From: Candidatus Omnitrophota bacterium
Lineage (GTDB): Bacteria > Omnitrophota > Gorgyraeia > 2-01-FULL-45-10
Assembly: GCA_043798375.1 (NCBI GenBank)
Contig: JAZDOS010000029.1
Location: 62,955 to 126,954 of the forward strand
DNA: 64,000 bases
Direction: 5' to 3'
Position 1 is the first letter of the stretch, and each line of letters opens with the position of its first letter. This document shows positions 27,076 through 35,975 of the stretch, piece after piece. Below the pieces are notes generated by a model that saw only the letters and a program-made list of their open reading frames with translations, did no database searches and was not told where the DNA came from. The translations under genes and the position numbers were made by a program.

Positions 27076-27462
27076 ATGACAAAAAAAGAAGAGTTCATTG
27101 ATAGAAGAGGCTCTATTCGGCTGAGGATCCCCGTAAGCATTGCCTATCAAACATCAGGCAATGGCAGAGTTCATACGGTTACGGCCAAAGACATATCCGC
27201 CGAAGGCGCGAGGTTCGAGGCCCACGACAAGCGCCTCAAAGAATCCGATATTCTGGATATGAAGATAGGCATCCCTGAGATATCCGGAGACGGGGTCCGC
27301 GCAACGGGCGCCGTTATATGGAAAAAACGTTTATCGCTTGAGGATAAGTCGCCGTTCGATATCGGCATCGAATTCGGCGAGATAGCGGAAGACGACAAAA
27401 ACGGTTTTCTTAAATTTTTATGTGATTTTATATATAAACTACCGGAGGAAAAAAAGAGATGA
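27076..27462 (+). CDS. PilZ domain protein, single domain
   Basis: DRRGSIRLRIP and AKDISAEGARF motifs. 128 aa. Confidence 0.7.
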   Translation: MTKKEEFIDRRGSIRLRIPVSIAYQTSGNGRVHTVTAKDISAEGARFEAHDKRLKESDILDMKIGIPEISGDGVRATGAVIWKKRLSLEDKSPFDIGIEFGEIAEDDKNGFLKFLCDFIYKLPEEKKR

Positions 27463-27791
27463 GGAAGATAATGGTTTGTGCGCCAATATTTGCGCTGGCC
27501 TTGATTTGCGGATGTTCCGTGATCCAGGTGCCGAATGCGGAGGACGTCATCAGCCATCCTCTCGGAACCGAATCGATAAAGATAGGGATGTCCAAAGACG
27601 AGGTCGAATCTATTTGGGGTAAGCCCAACGATGTCAGGATGGTTGAGAATAAGGAGAAGTGGCAAGGGGCGGCCCATGAAGTGTGGATCTACCGCGCCCA
27701 GTACGGCTCTATACCTGTCGACGCCGGATACCTCTCTAAAACCAAGAAGCTCTACTTCGACGGCAACAATCTGACCGAAATAGGGGAATAG
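27459..27791 (+). CDS. BamE/SmpA/OmlA-like outer-membrane lipoprotein
   Basis: Lipobox ALALICGCS. IGMSKDEVESIWGKPND resembles the SmpA_OmlA motif. Confidence 0.5.
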   Translation: MRKIMVCAPIFALALICGCSVIQVPNAEDVISHPLGTESIKIGMSKDEVESIWGKPNDVRMVENKEKWQGAAHEVWIYRAQYGSIPVDAGYLSKTKKLYFDGNNLTEIGE

Positions 27792-27800
27792 GCGGCTACA

Positions 27801-28169
27801 ATGATGAGAATGATGTGCAAATCAAAAATACACAGGGCCGTCCTGACAAAGGTCGACCTTCACTACGAAGGCAGCATAGGCATCGATAAAAACCTTCTCG
27901 AAATAGCCGATATCCATCCCGGCGAGATCGTCCAGGTCGTGAACGTAAATAACGGCGCGCGGTTTGAGACATACGCGATAGAAGAAAAGGCCGGCTCAGG
28001 TGAAATCGGCCTGTATGGAGCGGCGGCGCATCTTGGAAAGGCAGGCGATATAGCCATAATCCTGTCCTACGCGCTTGTTGAGGATAAAGAGGCAAAATCG
28101 ATGAAGGTCAGGGTCGTGCGTGTAGGCCAAAACAACAAACCCGTCAAAAGTCAGGCATGTCAGCATTAA
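27801..28169 (+). CDS. panD: Aspartate 1-decarboxylase
   Basis: [34 protein letters not shown] is the PanD signature including the Gly-Ser processing site. Confidence 0.85.
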   Translation: MMRMMCKSKIHRAVLTKVDLHYEGSIGIDKNLLEIADIHPGEIVQVVNVNNGARFETYAIEEKAGSGEIGLYGAAAHLGKAGDIAIILSYALVEDKEAKSMKVRVVRVGQNNKPVKSQACQH

Positions 28170-28672
28170 AGATCAGGATATTCCCCGATTCAATTCTTCG
28201 TAAAAAGGCAAAGAAGGTCCCGCATATAGGCGACATCGAAAAAAAAGAGCTCTCCGAAATGGCCAAGGCGATGTATCTTGCCAGGGGCGTCGGGCTTGCG
28301 GCCGTCCAGGTCGGCATAGACAAGCAGCTTGCCGTTATCGATATAGGCGACGGCCTTATCAAGATGGCCAATCCCGCAATAATGAAGAAAGAGGGCAGCC
28401 TTGCCCTGGAAGAAGGGTGCCTCAGCGTACCGGAGGTATACGTGAAGGTGAGGAGGGCTAACTCTATCATTGTCAATTACTTGAATGAATCAGGCGAGGC
28501 TATGCAGCTCCGGGCTACGGGGCTTCTCGCAAGGGCCGTTCAACATGAAATAGACCACCTTTGCGGCACACTTATCATAGATTACACAAACCCCGTAAAA
28601 AAGATGATTATCAAACGAAGGCTTTCCAGGAAGAAGCCGAGCCGGGGACAAAATAACACGGGGACAAAATAA
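28157..28672 (+). CDS. def: Peptide deformylase
   Basis: [10 protein letters not shown] (motif 1), EGCLSVP (motif 2), QHEIDHL (motif 3). Confidence 0.9.
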   Translation: MSALKIRIFPDSILRKKAKKVPHIGDIEKKELSEMAKAMYLARGVGLAAVQVGIDKQLAVIDIGDGLIKMANPAIMKKEGSLALEEGCLSVPEVYVKVRRANSIIVNYLNESGEAMQLRATGLLARAVQHEIDHLCGTLIIDYTNPVKKMIIKRRLSRKKPSRGQNNTGTK

Positions 28673-28674
28673 CC

Positions 28675-28703
28675 TTGACAAATCAGGGCTTATATGCTAT
28701 ATT
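28675..28703 (+). promoter_or_regulatory. Sigma70-type promoter for cspA with long 5' UTR
   Basis: TTGACA, 17 nt, TATATT. About 110-nt leader before ATG 28818, as is typical of cold-shock mRNAs. Confidence 0.5.
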
Positions 28704-28817
28704 TTAAGCAATTGTAAGCGAGTATATTTGGTGAAGAAGATTTACATCTAAAATATATGCCATTTGAAGCTTTAAAAAGCTTTGGGTGGCATTTTTTGAT
28801 GGGGGGTGAAAGGATAG

Positions 28818-29021
28818 ATGGCACAGGGAACGGTAAAATGGTTCAATGATAAGAAGGGTTTCGGGTTCATAGTAGCCGATACCGGTAAAGACGTATTTGT
28901 CCACCACTCCGCTATCGAGGGTGAAGGCTATAAAAGCTTGAAAGAAGGGGATAAGGTCCAGTTTGAGATCGTAACTGGCCCAAAGGGTGAGCAGGCGACA
29001 AAGGTCGTAAAGCTATCCTAA
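28818..29021 (+). CDS. cspA: Cold-shock protein, CspA family
   Basis: [15 protein letters not shown] (RNP1) and VFVHHSAI (RNP2). Confidence 0.9.
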   Translation: MAQGTVKWFNDKKGFGFIVADTGKDVFVHHSAIEGEGYKSLKEGDKVQFEIVTGPKGEQATKVVKLS

Positions 29022-29166
29022 TATTCTTATGCTTCGACGCATCCCGCCGAAGCATTTACTCTATTGCCGGTTGATTGCGAAGGCGGATGAGGGCTTCTCA
29101 TCGAAAACCGTCGGTTTCAGGGGAAGGACTGTTTCTAATAGGGCTTACCGGGGGATAGATAATTGT

Positions 29167-29613
29167 ATGGAGCTATATCAAAAGATTGAGGAAGATGTCA
29201 GGCTGGCGCTGAAAAAAGGCGAAGCTGTCAAATTGTCGGTCTTAAGGATGCTCTTGTCGGAGGTAAAAATGTTCGAGATCGAGAAGAGCGTCAAGAGGGC
29301 CGGTGAGGCGGATATATTGCAGATTATACAGCGCCAGATAAAGCAGCATAAGGATTCCATAGAGCAGTTCGAGAAGGGTAAACGCGCTGATCTCGCCGGT
29401 AAAGAGCTGGATGAGCTCAAGATCCTCGAGTCTTACATGCCTGAACAGATGGGGGAAGTTGAATTGACGGATATTGTCAGAGAGGCGATAAAGACAAGCG
29501 GCGCGGCGACCAAATCTGAGGTCGGCAAGGTCATGAAAATAGCCATGGAAAAGGCAAAAGGAAAAGCTGATGGCAGGGCCGTAAGGGATATTGCCATGAA
29601 GATGCTGAAATAA
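29167..29613 (+). CDS. yqeY: GatB/YqeY domain protein
   Basis: MELYQKIEEDVRLALKKGEAVKLSVLRMLLSEV..ELDELKILESYMPEQM. The internal ATG 29167 gives the canonical ~148-aa length. The upstream part of the ORF-track call looks like a spurious extension. Confidence 0.75.
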   Translation: MELYQKIEEDVRLALKKGEAVKLSVLRMLLSEVKMFEIEKSVKRAGEADILQIIQRQIKQHKDSIEQFEKGKRADLAGKELDELKILESYMPEQMGEVELTDIVREAIKTSGAATKSEVGKVMKIAMEKAKGKADGRAVRDIAMKMLK

Positions 29614-29689
29614 TGCGAGAGGATATATTTATTCTCTTGCTATAAGAATGGTTTTATAGTAATATAAGTTCATACGAAAGGAGGGAAAG

Positions 29690-30085
29690 ATGAAAAGTAA
29701 ATTATTCACATGCGCGTGTGTCGCATTGGCTTTGTCTTTTATGCTAACAGGCATATCCTATTCCGCGCCGGAAAAAGAGACAGCCGGCGCTAAGGCAAAA
29801 AGTTTCTGGCAAAAGCTTTTCAACTATCCGGCTAATGTGACGAATGAATCAGTCGCAGTCGTTTCGGATACCGCGAAGCGCGGAACGGCCGTAGTGACTA
29901 AAGAGGTTAAGACCGTAGGCCAGGTAACATCCGGAGAAACCGCGAAGACGAAAGAGCTCATTACCGAACCGATAACCGGCACTGCCGAAACTGCGGTAAA
30001 GGCGGTCGAGGAAATGGTTGCCGTTCCTGTAAATGCGGCCAAGGAAGAGCCTCAAGCTGTCCAGCCGCCGGCTGAACAGAAATAA
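29690..30085 (+). CDS. Hypothetical secreted protein
   Basis: Signal peptide MKSKLFTCACVALALSFMLTGISYSA. T/A/V/K/E-rich. Followed by hairpin AAAAAGCCATA..TATGGCTTTTT (30093-30135), terminator-like. Confidence 0.45.
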   Translation: MKSKLFTCACVALALSFMLTGISYSAPEKETAGAKAKSFWQKLFNYPANVTNESVAVVSDTAKRGTAVVTKEVKTVGQVTSGETAKTKELITEPITGTAETAVKAVEEMVAVPVNAAKEEPQAVQPPAEQK

Positions 30086-30177
30086 GACAGAACTTGTCTG
30101 GAAAAAGCCATATTCTTACTTGAAGAGAGGGTATGGCTTTTTCTACGGCAGCACCGGGTAAACATTAACAAACTATC

Positions 30178-30693
30178 ATGAAATTGCGATCGGTTGCTTT
30201 TTTTACAGCGCCGGCTGTCATCGCGACCATAATATTATACCAGCCGGTCCGGGTTGCTTTTTTTAAGCTGGCCGAACCTTACTTTGCCTGTCCCATCAAG
30301 AGCGATCCGAATAATCTTACGATCAGGAACGATTCGCTCGGCGAAGGCGGTTATGGCGCGAAGAGGCGTAACGGCAGGTTCCATGCCGGCGTGGATATAC
30401 TGGCGAACGTCGGAATACCGGTATACGCTTCGAAAACAGGCCTTGCCTACTTCGGAAATGTCCCGACCGGTTACGGAAAATATGTGATGATTCATCACCC
30501 CGACGGCACCCAGACATTTTATGGCCACCTTTCGGACTGGAACGGAAAGGCGCCAAGAAAAGTGCGTAGGGGCGAGTTGATAGGGTTTGTGGGAAAGACC
30601 GGCAATGCCGCAAATAAGCTCATACAGCCGCACCTGCATTTTGAAATCAGAAAAGACGGGGAGCCCGTCGATCCGCGGGGGCTCATGAGATAA
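30178..30693 (+). CDS. M23-family metallopeptidase
   Basis: HAGVDILANVGIPVYA..HLHFEIRKDGEPVDP. Confidence 0.8.
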   Translation: MKLRSVAFFTAPAVIATIILYQPVRVAFFKLAEPYFACPIKSDPNNLTIRNDSLGEGGYGAKRRNGRFHAGVDILANVGIPVYASKTGLAYFGNVPTGYGKYVMIHHPDGTQTFYGHLSDWNGKAPRKVRRGELIGFVGKTGNAANKLIQPHLHFEIRKDGEPVDPRGLMR

Positions 30694-30709
30694 AAGTGGA
30701 GGGTATGAT

Positions 30710-30847
30710 ATGAAAACAGTTGCCATTATCTCGATAATGATATTTTTATGCCTTGGATTAACCGGGTGCGGCGAAACCATTTCCGGCGCAGGAAAGGATG
30801 TCAACAGGATGGGTAAGGGGGTTTCCACCTTCTTCTTCAGGCAGTAA
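30710..30847 (+). CDS. Entericidin EcnA/B-family small lipoprotein (45 aa)
   Basis: MKTVAIISIMIFLCLGLTGCGETISGAGKDVNRMGKGVS. Lipobox followed by the entericidin-like G-x-G-KD..G motif. Below the ORF-track cutoff. RBS GGAGGG upstream. Confidence 0.55.
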   Translation: MKTVAIISIMIFLCLGLTGCGETISGAGKDVNRMGKGVSTFFFRQ

Positions 30848-30860
30848 TAACAGGGTTCAT

Positions 30861-31574
30861 ATGTCAATACGTTTAAGAGAAGTTGACAGCGTAAACATAC
30901 TCGATATCGAAGGCAAAATCGATATCAACTCATCGGATCTCATAGAGATGGTGGGTTGGCTTGTCAATTCCGGCAAGGTGAACATAATCTTCAACCTCGA
31001 AAACACCGACACCGTAGATTATAACGGCCTCTCGATACTGTCCATAGCATACAAAAACGTAACGAACCATAAAGGCAGATTGAAACTGATCAATGTCCCG
31101 CTATCCGTCATCGAACTTCTGAAGGCGGTAAAGCTTGAGGCCGTCTTTGAGATATACGCCGAGGAGGATGCCGCCGTCAGCAGTTTTTTTGACGAGGGGA
31201 TAGACAAGCTCTCCTTAAGAAGGAGATTTCAGCGCCTTGAAATCCATCTGAATGTTTTGTACGGGATAGCCGGCGGCCAAAAGAAGCCGAAGCTATTTGA
31301 CGGGAAAGTACTCAACTTGAGCGCCGCCGGAATCTATATCTACACCCCGTATACTTTCCCCATAAACAGCATGCTCGACCTGGAACTCAATGTGCCGGGC
31401 ATGGGTAAATCTCTCGGGGCCACAGGGAAGGTAAGCTGGCTTGCCGATAAGGAGATACAGCCGCATGCCTATCCCGGGATGGGCGTATCTTTTGTGCACC
31501 TTACCCCGGAAAAAGAGAAGGCGATAGCCGACTTCATAGAAAAAAATGTAACGCACAGGGCCGACTCGTTATGA
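30861..31574 (+). CDS. STAS (anti-sigma-factor-antagonist-like) domain fused to a PilZ domain
   Basis: N-terminal SpoIIAA-like STAS (VNILDIEGKIDINSSDL..KLINVPLSVIELLKAVKL). C-terminal PilZ (RRRFQRLEI..LNLSAAGIYI). Start ATG 30861, chosen to avoid overlap with ecn. Confidence 0.65.
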   Translation: MSIRLREVDSVNILDIEGKIDINSSDLIEMVGWLVNSGKVNIIFNLENTDTVDYNGLSILSIAYKNVTNHKGRLKLINVPLSVIELLKAVKLEAVFEIYAEEDAAVSSFFDEGIDKLSLRRRFQRLEIHLNVLYGIAGGQKKPKLFDGKVLNLSAAGIYIYTPYTFPINSMLDLELNVPGMGKSLGATGKVSWLADKEIQPHAYPGMGVSFVHLTPEKEKAIADFIEKNVTHRADSL

Positions 31575-32473
31575 GCCCCGACGCCAAAATCGAGTCAAAA
31601 AATAACATCCTTGCGGCCGCGCGGACCGAAAAAGGCCTTGCGGGATGCGATTTGAAAAAAGCGGACCTTTCGCAAGCCGATCTGTCGGGAGCGCATATGT
31701 TCGATGCCTGCCTGGAAGGGGCCAGTCTCGTAGGCGTAAATCTAGCCGGCTGCGACCTTACTCACTGCAACATGGCCAACGCGGATCTCACGAAGGCAAA
31801 TCTTACCGGCGCAAGGCTGTGGAACGCGGACCTGTCCGGCGCCAATCTTACGGAGTGCGATCTCACCGGAGCCGACCTGTGGAACGCCAAACTTTTCAAT
31901 GTTAAATTATGGCAGGCGAATTTTGAAAGGGCGAAGTCCATTTCAAGGAGAAGTTTTTCCAGCCAGGCGGGGTTGCTCGACAGTGTAAAAATAAACGAGA
32001 CGGGCTCGGCCCAGGCGGAGGATTCCTACAGAAACCTTAAAGCCTACTTCATGGCCCGGGGGATGTATAATGACGCCGGCTGGGCGTCGTTTAAAGAGAA
32101 GGTCATGGAGAGGTTCTCCTTAAAAAAGAGCGGTAATTTGAAATATTTCCCGAGCCTCGCCATGAGCGCGTTGTGCGGTTACGGTGAGAAGCCCTTCAGG
32201 ATAATATTCGCCTCGCTATTCACCATAATTTTATTCGCCCTGTTCTTCTATTCGCATAACGCGATAGAATATACGGGTATCCGGGAATCGCCGCTTCGGT
32301 GGGGCGATTACCTATATTACAGCACAATAACGTTCACTACCGTCGGTTACGGCGATATCGTCCCAAAACCGCAAACCCTGTTCAGGCTCATGGCCGCCTT
32401 CGAAGCCTTTATGGGGGTATTTTTGACCGGATTATTCATATTTACATTGGCGCGCAAGTACTCCGCCAGGTAG
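31571..32473 (+). CDS. Pentapeptide-repeat protein fused to a 2-TM potassium-channel pore domain
   Basis: N-terminal tandem A(D/N)LxxA(N/D)Lxx pentapeptide repeats. C-terminal TM-P-loop-TM with selectivity filter TTVGYGD. 4-nt overlap with the upstream STAS-PilZ gene. Confidence 0.7.
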   Translation: MSPDAKIESKNNILAAARTEKGLAGCDLKKADLSQADLSGAHMFDACLEGASLVGVNLAGCDLTHCNMANADLTKANLTGARLWNADLSGANLTECDLTGADLWNAKLFNVKLWQANFERAKSISRRSFSSQAGLLDSVKINETGSAQAEDSYRNLKAYFMARGMYNDAGWASFKEKVMERFSLKKSGNLKYFPSLAMSALCGYGEKPFRIIFASLFTIILFALFFYSHNAIEYTGIRESPLRWGDYLYYSTITFTTVGYGDIVPKPQTLFRLMAAFEAFMGVFLTGLFIFTLARKYSAR

Positions 32474-32479
32474 ACAAAG

Positions 32480-33433
32480 ATGTCCCCGCAAAACCGTAAA
32501 CTTCCACTCCTGAAGAAAATAAACAGCGATCTTGAGGGCGCGTTAAAGATTTGCGCGATATGCCCGCGTAAGTGCGGCGTGGACCGGGCAAGGGGCGAAT
32601 TGGGATGGTGCCGCGCGGGCCTGAGGCCTAAAATCTACAGTTATTCGCCGCACCACGGCGAAGAGCCGCCGCTATCCGGGACGAGGGGTTCGGGCACGAT
32701 ATTTTTTTCCGGCTGCAATATGAAATGCGCTTATTGCCAGAATTATTATTTCAGCCAGCTCGACAAAGGCATGGAGGTGACGATCGATAAGCTTGCGGCG
32801 ATGATGCTTGGCCTCCAGAAAAAGGGGTGCCACAATATAAACCTTGTCACTCCGACGCATTACGCCGTACAGATACTTCAGGCGCTGGAGATAGCGATAG
32901 CAAAGGGGCTCGATATTCCAATCGTATATAATACAAGCGGCTATGAGCTTCCGGAGATGATAAAGCGGCTTCGCGGCATCATAGATATATACCTTCCGGA
33001 CATGCGCTATTCCGACGATAGGGCAGCCTGTCGCTATTCCGAAGCCGTAAAATATGTGGAATACAATAGAAACAGCGTCAAAGAGATGCAGGCCCAGGTG
33101 GGCGACCTTGTTTTGGACGACGAGGGAATCGCCAAAAAGGGGCTTATCATAAGGCTTTTGGCTTTGCCGGAAGGCCTCTCGGGAACTATCGAGTCTTTGA
33201 AATTTATAAAGGATAGTATATCCAAAAATGCGCGTTTGAGCATTATGAGCCAATATTACCCCACATTTAAAGCTTATGATTATAAGGAGATTTCAAGAGG
33301 CGTAACTATAGATGAGTACGAGTTTATAGTTGACGAGGCAAGGCAATTGCGGTTAAATAAGGGATGGGTGCAGGAAGCCCCGGGAGGATTCGATCCCCGG
33401 TTTTTAGGCACGAGCATAAACCCCAATATATAA
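32480..33433 (+). CDS. Radical SAM protein (PflA-like activase / AmmeMemoRadiSam-type)
   Basis: N-terminal auxiliary Cys cluster CAICPRKCGVDRARGELGWC and radical-SAM CNMKCAYCQN. Confidence 0.6.
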   Translation: MSPQNRKLPLLKKINSDLEGALKICAICPRKCGVDRARGELGWCRAGLRPKIYSYSPHHGEEPPLSGTRGSGTIFFSGCNMKCAYCQNYYFSQLDKGMEVTIDKLAAMMLGLQKKGCHNINLVTPTHYAVQILQALEIAIAKGLDIPIVYNTSGYELPEMIKRLRGIIDIYLPDMRYSDDRAACRYSEAVKYVEYNRNSVKEMQAQVGDLVLDDEGIAKKGLIIRLLALPEGLSGTIESLKFIKDSISKNARLSIMSQYYPTFKAYDYKEISRGVTIDEYEFIVDEARQLRLNKGWVQEAPGGFDPRFLGTSINPNI

Positions 33434-33486
33434 AATGAACCCCGCCCTTCCTAAAGAGGCGGGGTGCTTAAGAAAGGAAGGGCGGG

Positions 33487-34191
33487 GTGAAGAAAAAAAC
33501 GATATCTCACGCAAAACAGTTCGAGGCCATCTCAAAGGTAAGTAAGACGATAACGTCGAGCTTATACCTGGAGGACATCCTTAAACTCATAGTCACCGTT
33601 ACCGCCGAGATAATGAACTCGAAAGTTTGTTCCCTCATGCTTATAGATGAAAAGACCGGGGAGCTTGTCCTTAAAGCCACCCAGTCGATGAGCGAGGCTT
33701 ACAATAAGAAGCCGCCTCTTAAGATCGGCGAAGGCATCGCGGGAAAGGTCGCCGAGGAAAATAAGCCCAAGGCTGTCTACGATATCTCCAAAGAGCCGGA
33801 GTATAAATCGAAGAATATCGCCAAAGATGAGGGATTGAGAAGCCTCCTCTCCGTCCCGCTCGCGGTAAAGGGAAGGGTTATAGGCGTGCTGAACAATTAC
33901 ACATCCGAGCCCCATAAATTCACCAAGACGGAGATCAACATACTGACGACCGTCTCCAACCAGGCGGCGATAGTCATAGAGAACGCGGGCCTCGTGGTGA
34001 AGACTAAGATGATACAGGATGAACTTGAAACCAGGAAGGTCGTTGAGAGGGCAAAAGGTATTTTGATGCGCGAACAAAGCATCTCCGAGGCCGACGCGTT
34101 CAGGAAGATCCAGAAACAGTCCATGGACATGAGAAAATCGATGCGCGAAATTGCCGAGGCGATAATATTGATGGAGAAGATGAAGAAATGA
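33487..34191 (+). CDS. GAF and ANTAR domain RNA-binding regulator
   Basis: GTG start. GAF in the N-terminal ~150 aa. C-terminal ANTAR helix pair RKVVERAKGILMREQSISEADAFRKIQKQSMDMRKSMREIAEAII. Confidence 0.7.
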   Translation: MKKKTISHAKQFEAISKVSKTITSSLYLEDILKLIVTVTAEIMNSKVCSLMLIDEKTGELVLKATQSMSEAYNKKPPLKIGEGIAGKVAEENKPKAVYDISKEPEYKSKNIAKDEGLRSLLSVPLAVKGRVIGVLNNYTSEPHKFTKTEINILTTVSNQAAIVIENAGLVVKTKMIQDELETRKVVERAKGILMREQSISEADAFRKIQKQSMDMRKSMREIAEAIILMEKMKK

Positions 34192-35873
34192 AAGCCCGCA
34201 AGATTAGCATAAGGCTCGCCATCGCGCAGATCAACGCCACCGTCGGCGACATGGACTCGAACTGTAAATCGATCGCCGAATTTATCCGGAAGGCGGAAGG
34301 CCTCGGCGCGGACATAATATCATTTCCGGAACTTGCGATCACGGGCTACCCGCCGGAAGACCTCCTTTTAAAATCGAAATTTATCGACGACAATCTGGCC
34401 GCCTTAAAAAAGATAGCCGGCAAAGTCGGAGATATTACGGCTGTGGTCGGATTCGTCGATAGGGTCAAGTCCGACATCTATAACGCGGCCGCGGTCATAT
34501 ATAAAGGCGAGGTGAAAGGCGTATATCATAAGATATTCCTTCCGAATTACGGCGTCTTTGATGAGAAAAGATATTTTAAGGCCGGCTCGAGCGCCCCCGT
34601 CTTCAGGCTTGGCAAATTGGCCTTCGGAGTAAATATATGCGAAGATATATGGCATAGAGAGGGGCCCCTCGCCGAACAGGCAAAAATCGGCGCGACATTA
34701 ATCATAAATATCAATGCCTCTCCCTATTATGCGGGTAGAATCAAGGAAAGGGAGGATATCGTTAGAAGCCAAGCAAGAACGAACGGTGTATATATTTCAT
34801 ATACGAATCTCGTCGGCGGCCAGGATGAACTCGTCTTTGACGGGCAGAGCATGGTCGTTGATAAAACCGGCAGGATCATTTGCCGCGCCGGGGTATTTTT
34901 GGAAGGCCTGTTAACCGTAGACCTCGATATCGAGACGAAGCTCCTGCGGGGATCCAAAGATACCATCGTAGTCGCGAAAGAGATTGCTTCGAAAACCAGG
35001 CCATCCATCCAAAAAAAGGAAATCAAGACTCTTGAGCCTGTTCCGGAGATATACCGGGCGCTTACCCTGGGACTGAAGGATTACGTTGCAAAAAACGGTT
35101 TCGAGAAGGTTGCCGTCGGCCTTTCGGGCGGTATCGACTCGGCGCTCACGGCCGCATTGGCAGTCGACGCGCTGGGCAAGAATAATACGATCGCGGTATT
35201 CATGCCGTCACGTTATTCATCTTTAAACTCCGAACAAGACGCTAAAGAGCTTGCTTCCAATCTGGGAATAAAACTCATTACCATATCCATAGAGCAGATA
35301 TTCAAGCTTTACCTCATGGCGCTCGAACCGAAGTTTGAGGGCCGCGGAAGGGGTACGGCCGAGGAGAATCTGCAGGCGCGTATCAGGGGCAGCCTTCTCA
35401 TGGCGCTCTCGAATAAATTCGGATGGATGGTGCTCGCCACCGGCAATAAGTCGGAGATGTCCACCGGTTACGCTACCCTGTATGGGGACATGGCCGGCGG
35501 CTTTGCGGTGATCAAGGATGTTTACAAAACGATGGTATATAAACTCGCTAAATACAGGAATTCGATAAATAAGGCCATACCCGATTCAATAATCGAGAAG
35601 GAGCCGACAGCCGAGTTGAAACCAAATCAAAGGGACACGGATACCCTGCCGCCTTATGATATGCTGGATGATATCCTGAAATTGTACGTCGAAAAGGACA
35701 GGGGATTAAGCGAGATAATTGAAGCGGGTTTCGATAAGGATACCGTCATAAAGGTCCTCGACATGGTAGACAAAAGCGAGTACAAGAGGAGGCAGTCGCC
35801 GCCAGGGATAAAGATCACCCCAAAAGCCTTCGGCAAAGACAGGCGCATGCCGATCACGAATAAATACAAATAG
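34188..35873 (+). CDS. nadE: Glutamine-dependent NAD+ synthetase
   Basis: N-terminal CN-hydrolase domain (ICED..). C-terminal PP-loop GLSGGIDSALTAAL. Confidence 0.85.
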   Translation: MKARKISIRLAIAQINATVGDMDSNCKSIAEFIRKAEGLGADIISFPELAITGYPPEDLLLKSKFIDDNLAALKKIAGKVGDITAVVGFVDRVKSDIYNAAAVIYKGEVKGVYHKIFLPNYGVFDEKRYFKAGSSAPVFRLGKLAFGVNICEDIWHREGPLAEQAKIGATLIININASPYYAGRIKEREDIVRSQARTNGVYISYTNLVGGQDELVFDGQSMVVDKTGRIICRAGVFLEGLLTVDLDIETKLLRGSKDTIVVAKEIASKTRPSIQKKEIKTLEPVPEIYRALTLGLKDYVAKNGFEKVAVGLSGGIDSALTAALAVDALGKNNTIAVFMPSRYSSLNSEQDAKELASNLGIKLITISIEQIFKLYLMALEPKFEGRGRGTAEENLQARIRGSLLMALSNKFGWMVLATGNKSEMSTGYATLYGDMAGGFAVIKDVYKTMVYKLAKYRNSINKAIPDSIIEKEPTAELKPNQRDTDTLPPYDMLDDILKLYVEKDRGLSEIIEAGFDKDTVIKVLDMVDKSEYKRRQSPPGIKITPKAFGKDRRMPITNKYK

Positions 35874-35975
35874 CGCGTCAGATTTTTGTTGCAATTTATT
35901 TTAATACGTATATAATACTTTCCATCATCCCCTGGGGATAGGCTAGGGGATATTTTTTAACGGGTAAGAAATAAG

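Noticed and set aside
28644-28673. Tandem GGGGACAAAATAAC x2 at the end of def
   Set aside because: It lies inside the def coding sequence (encoding ..RGQNNTGTK*) and is probably a local duplication of the last codons rather than a regulatory repeat.
29029-29166. N-terminal extension of the YqeY ORF (MLRRIPPKHLLYCRLIAKADEG..)
   Set aside because: YqeY proteins are ~148 aa. The internal ATG 29167 (MELYQKIEED..) gives the canonical length. The extension has no RBS context and is probably a non-coding leader.
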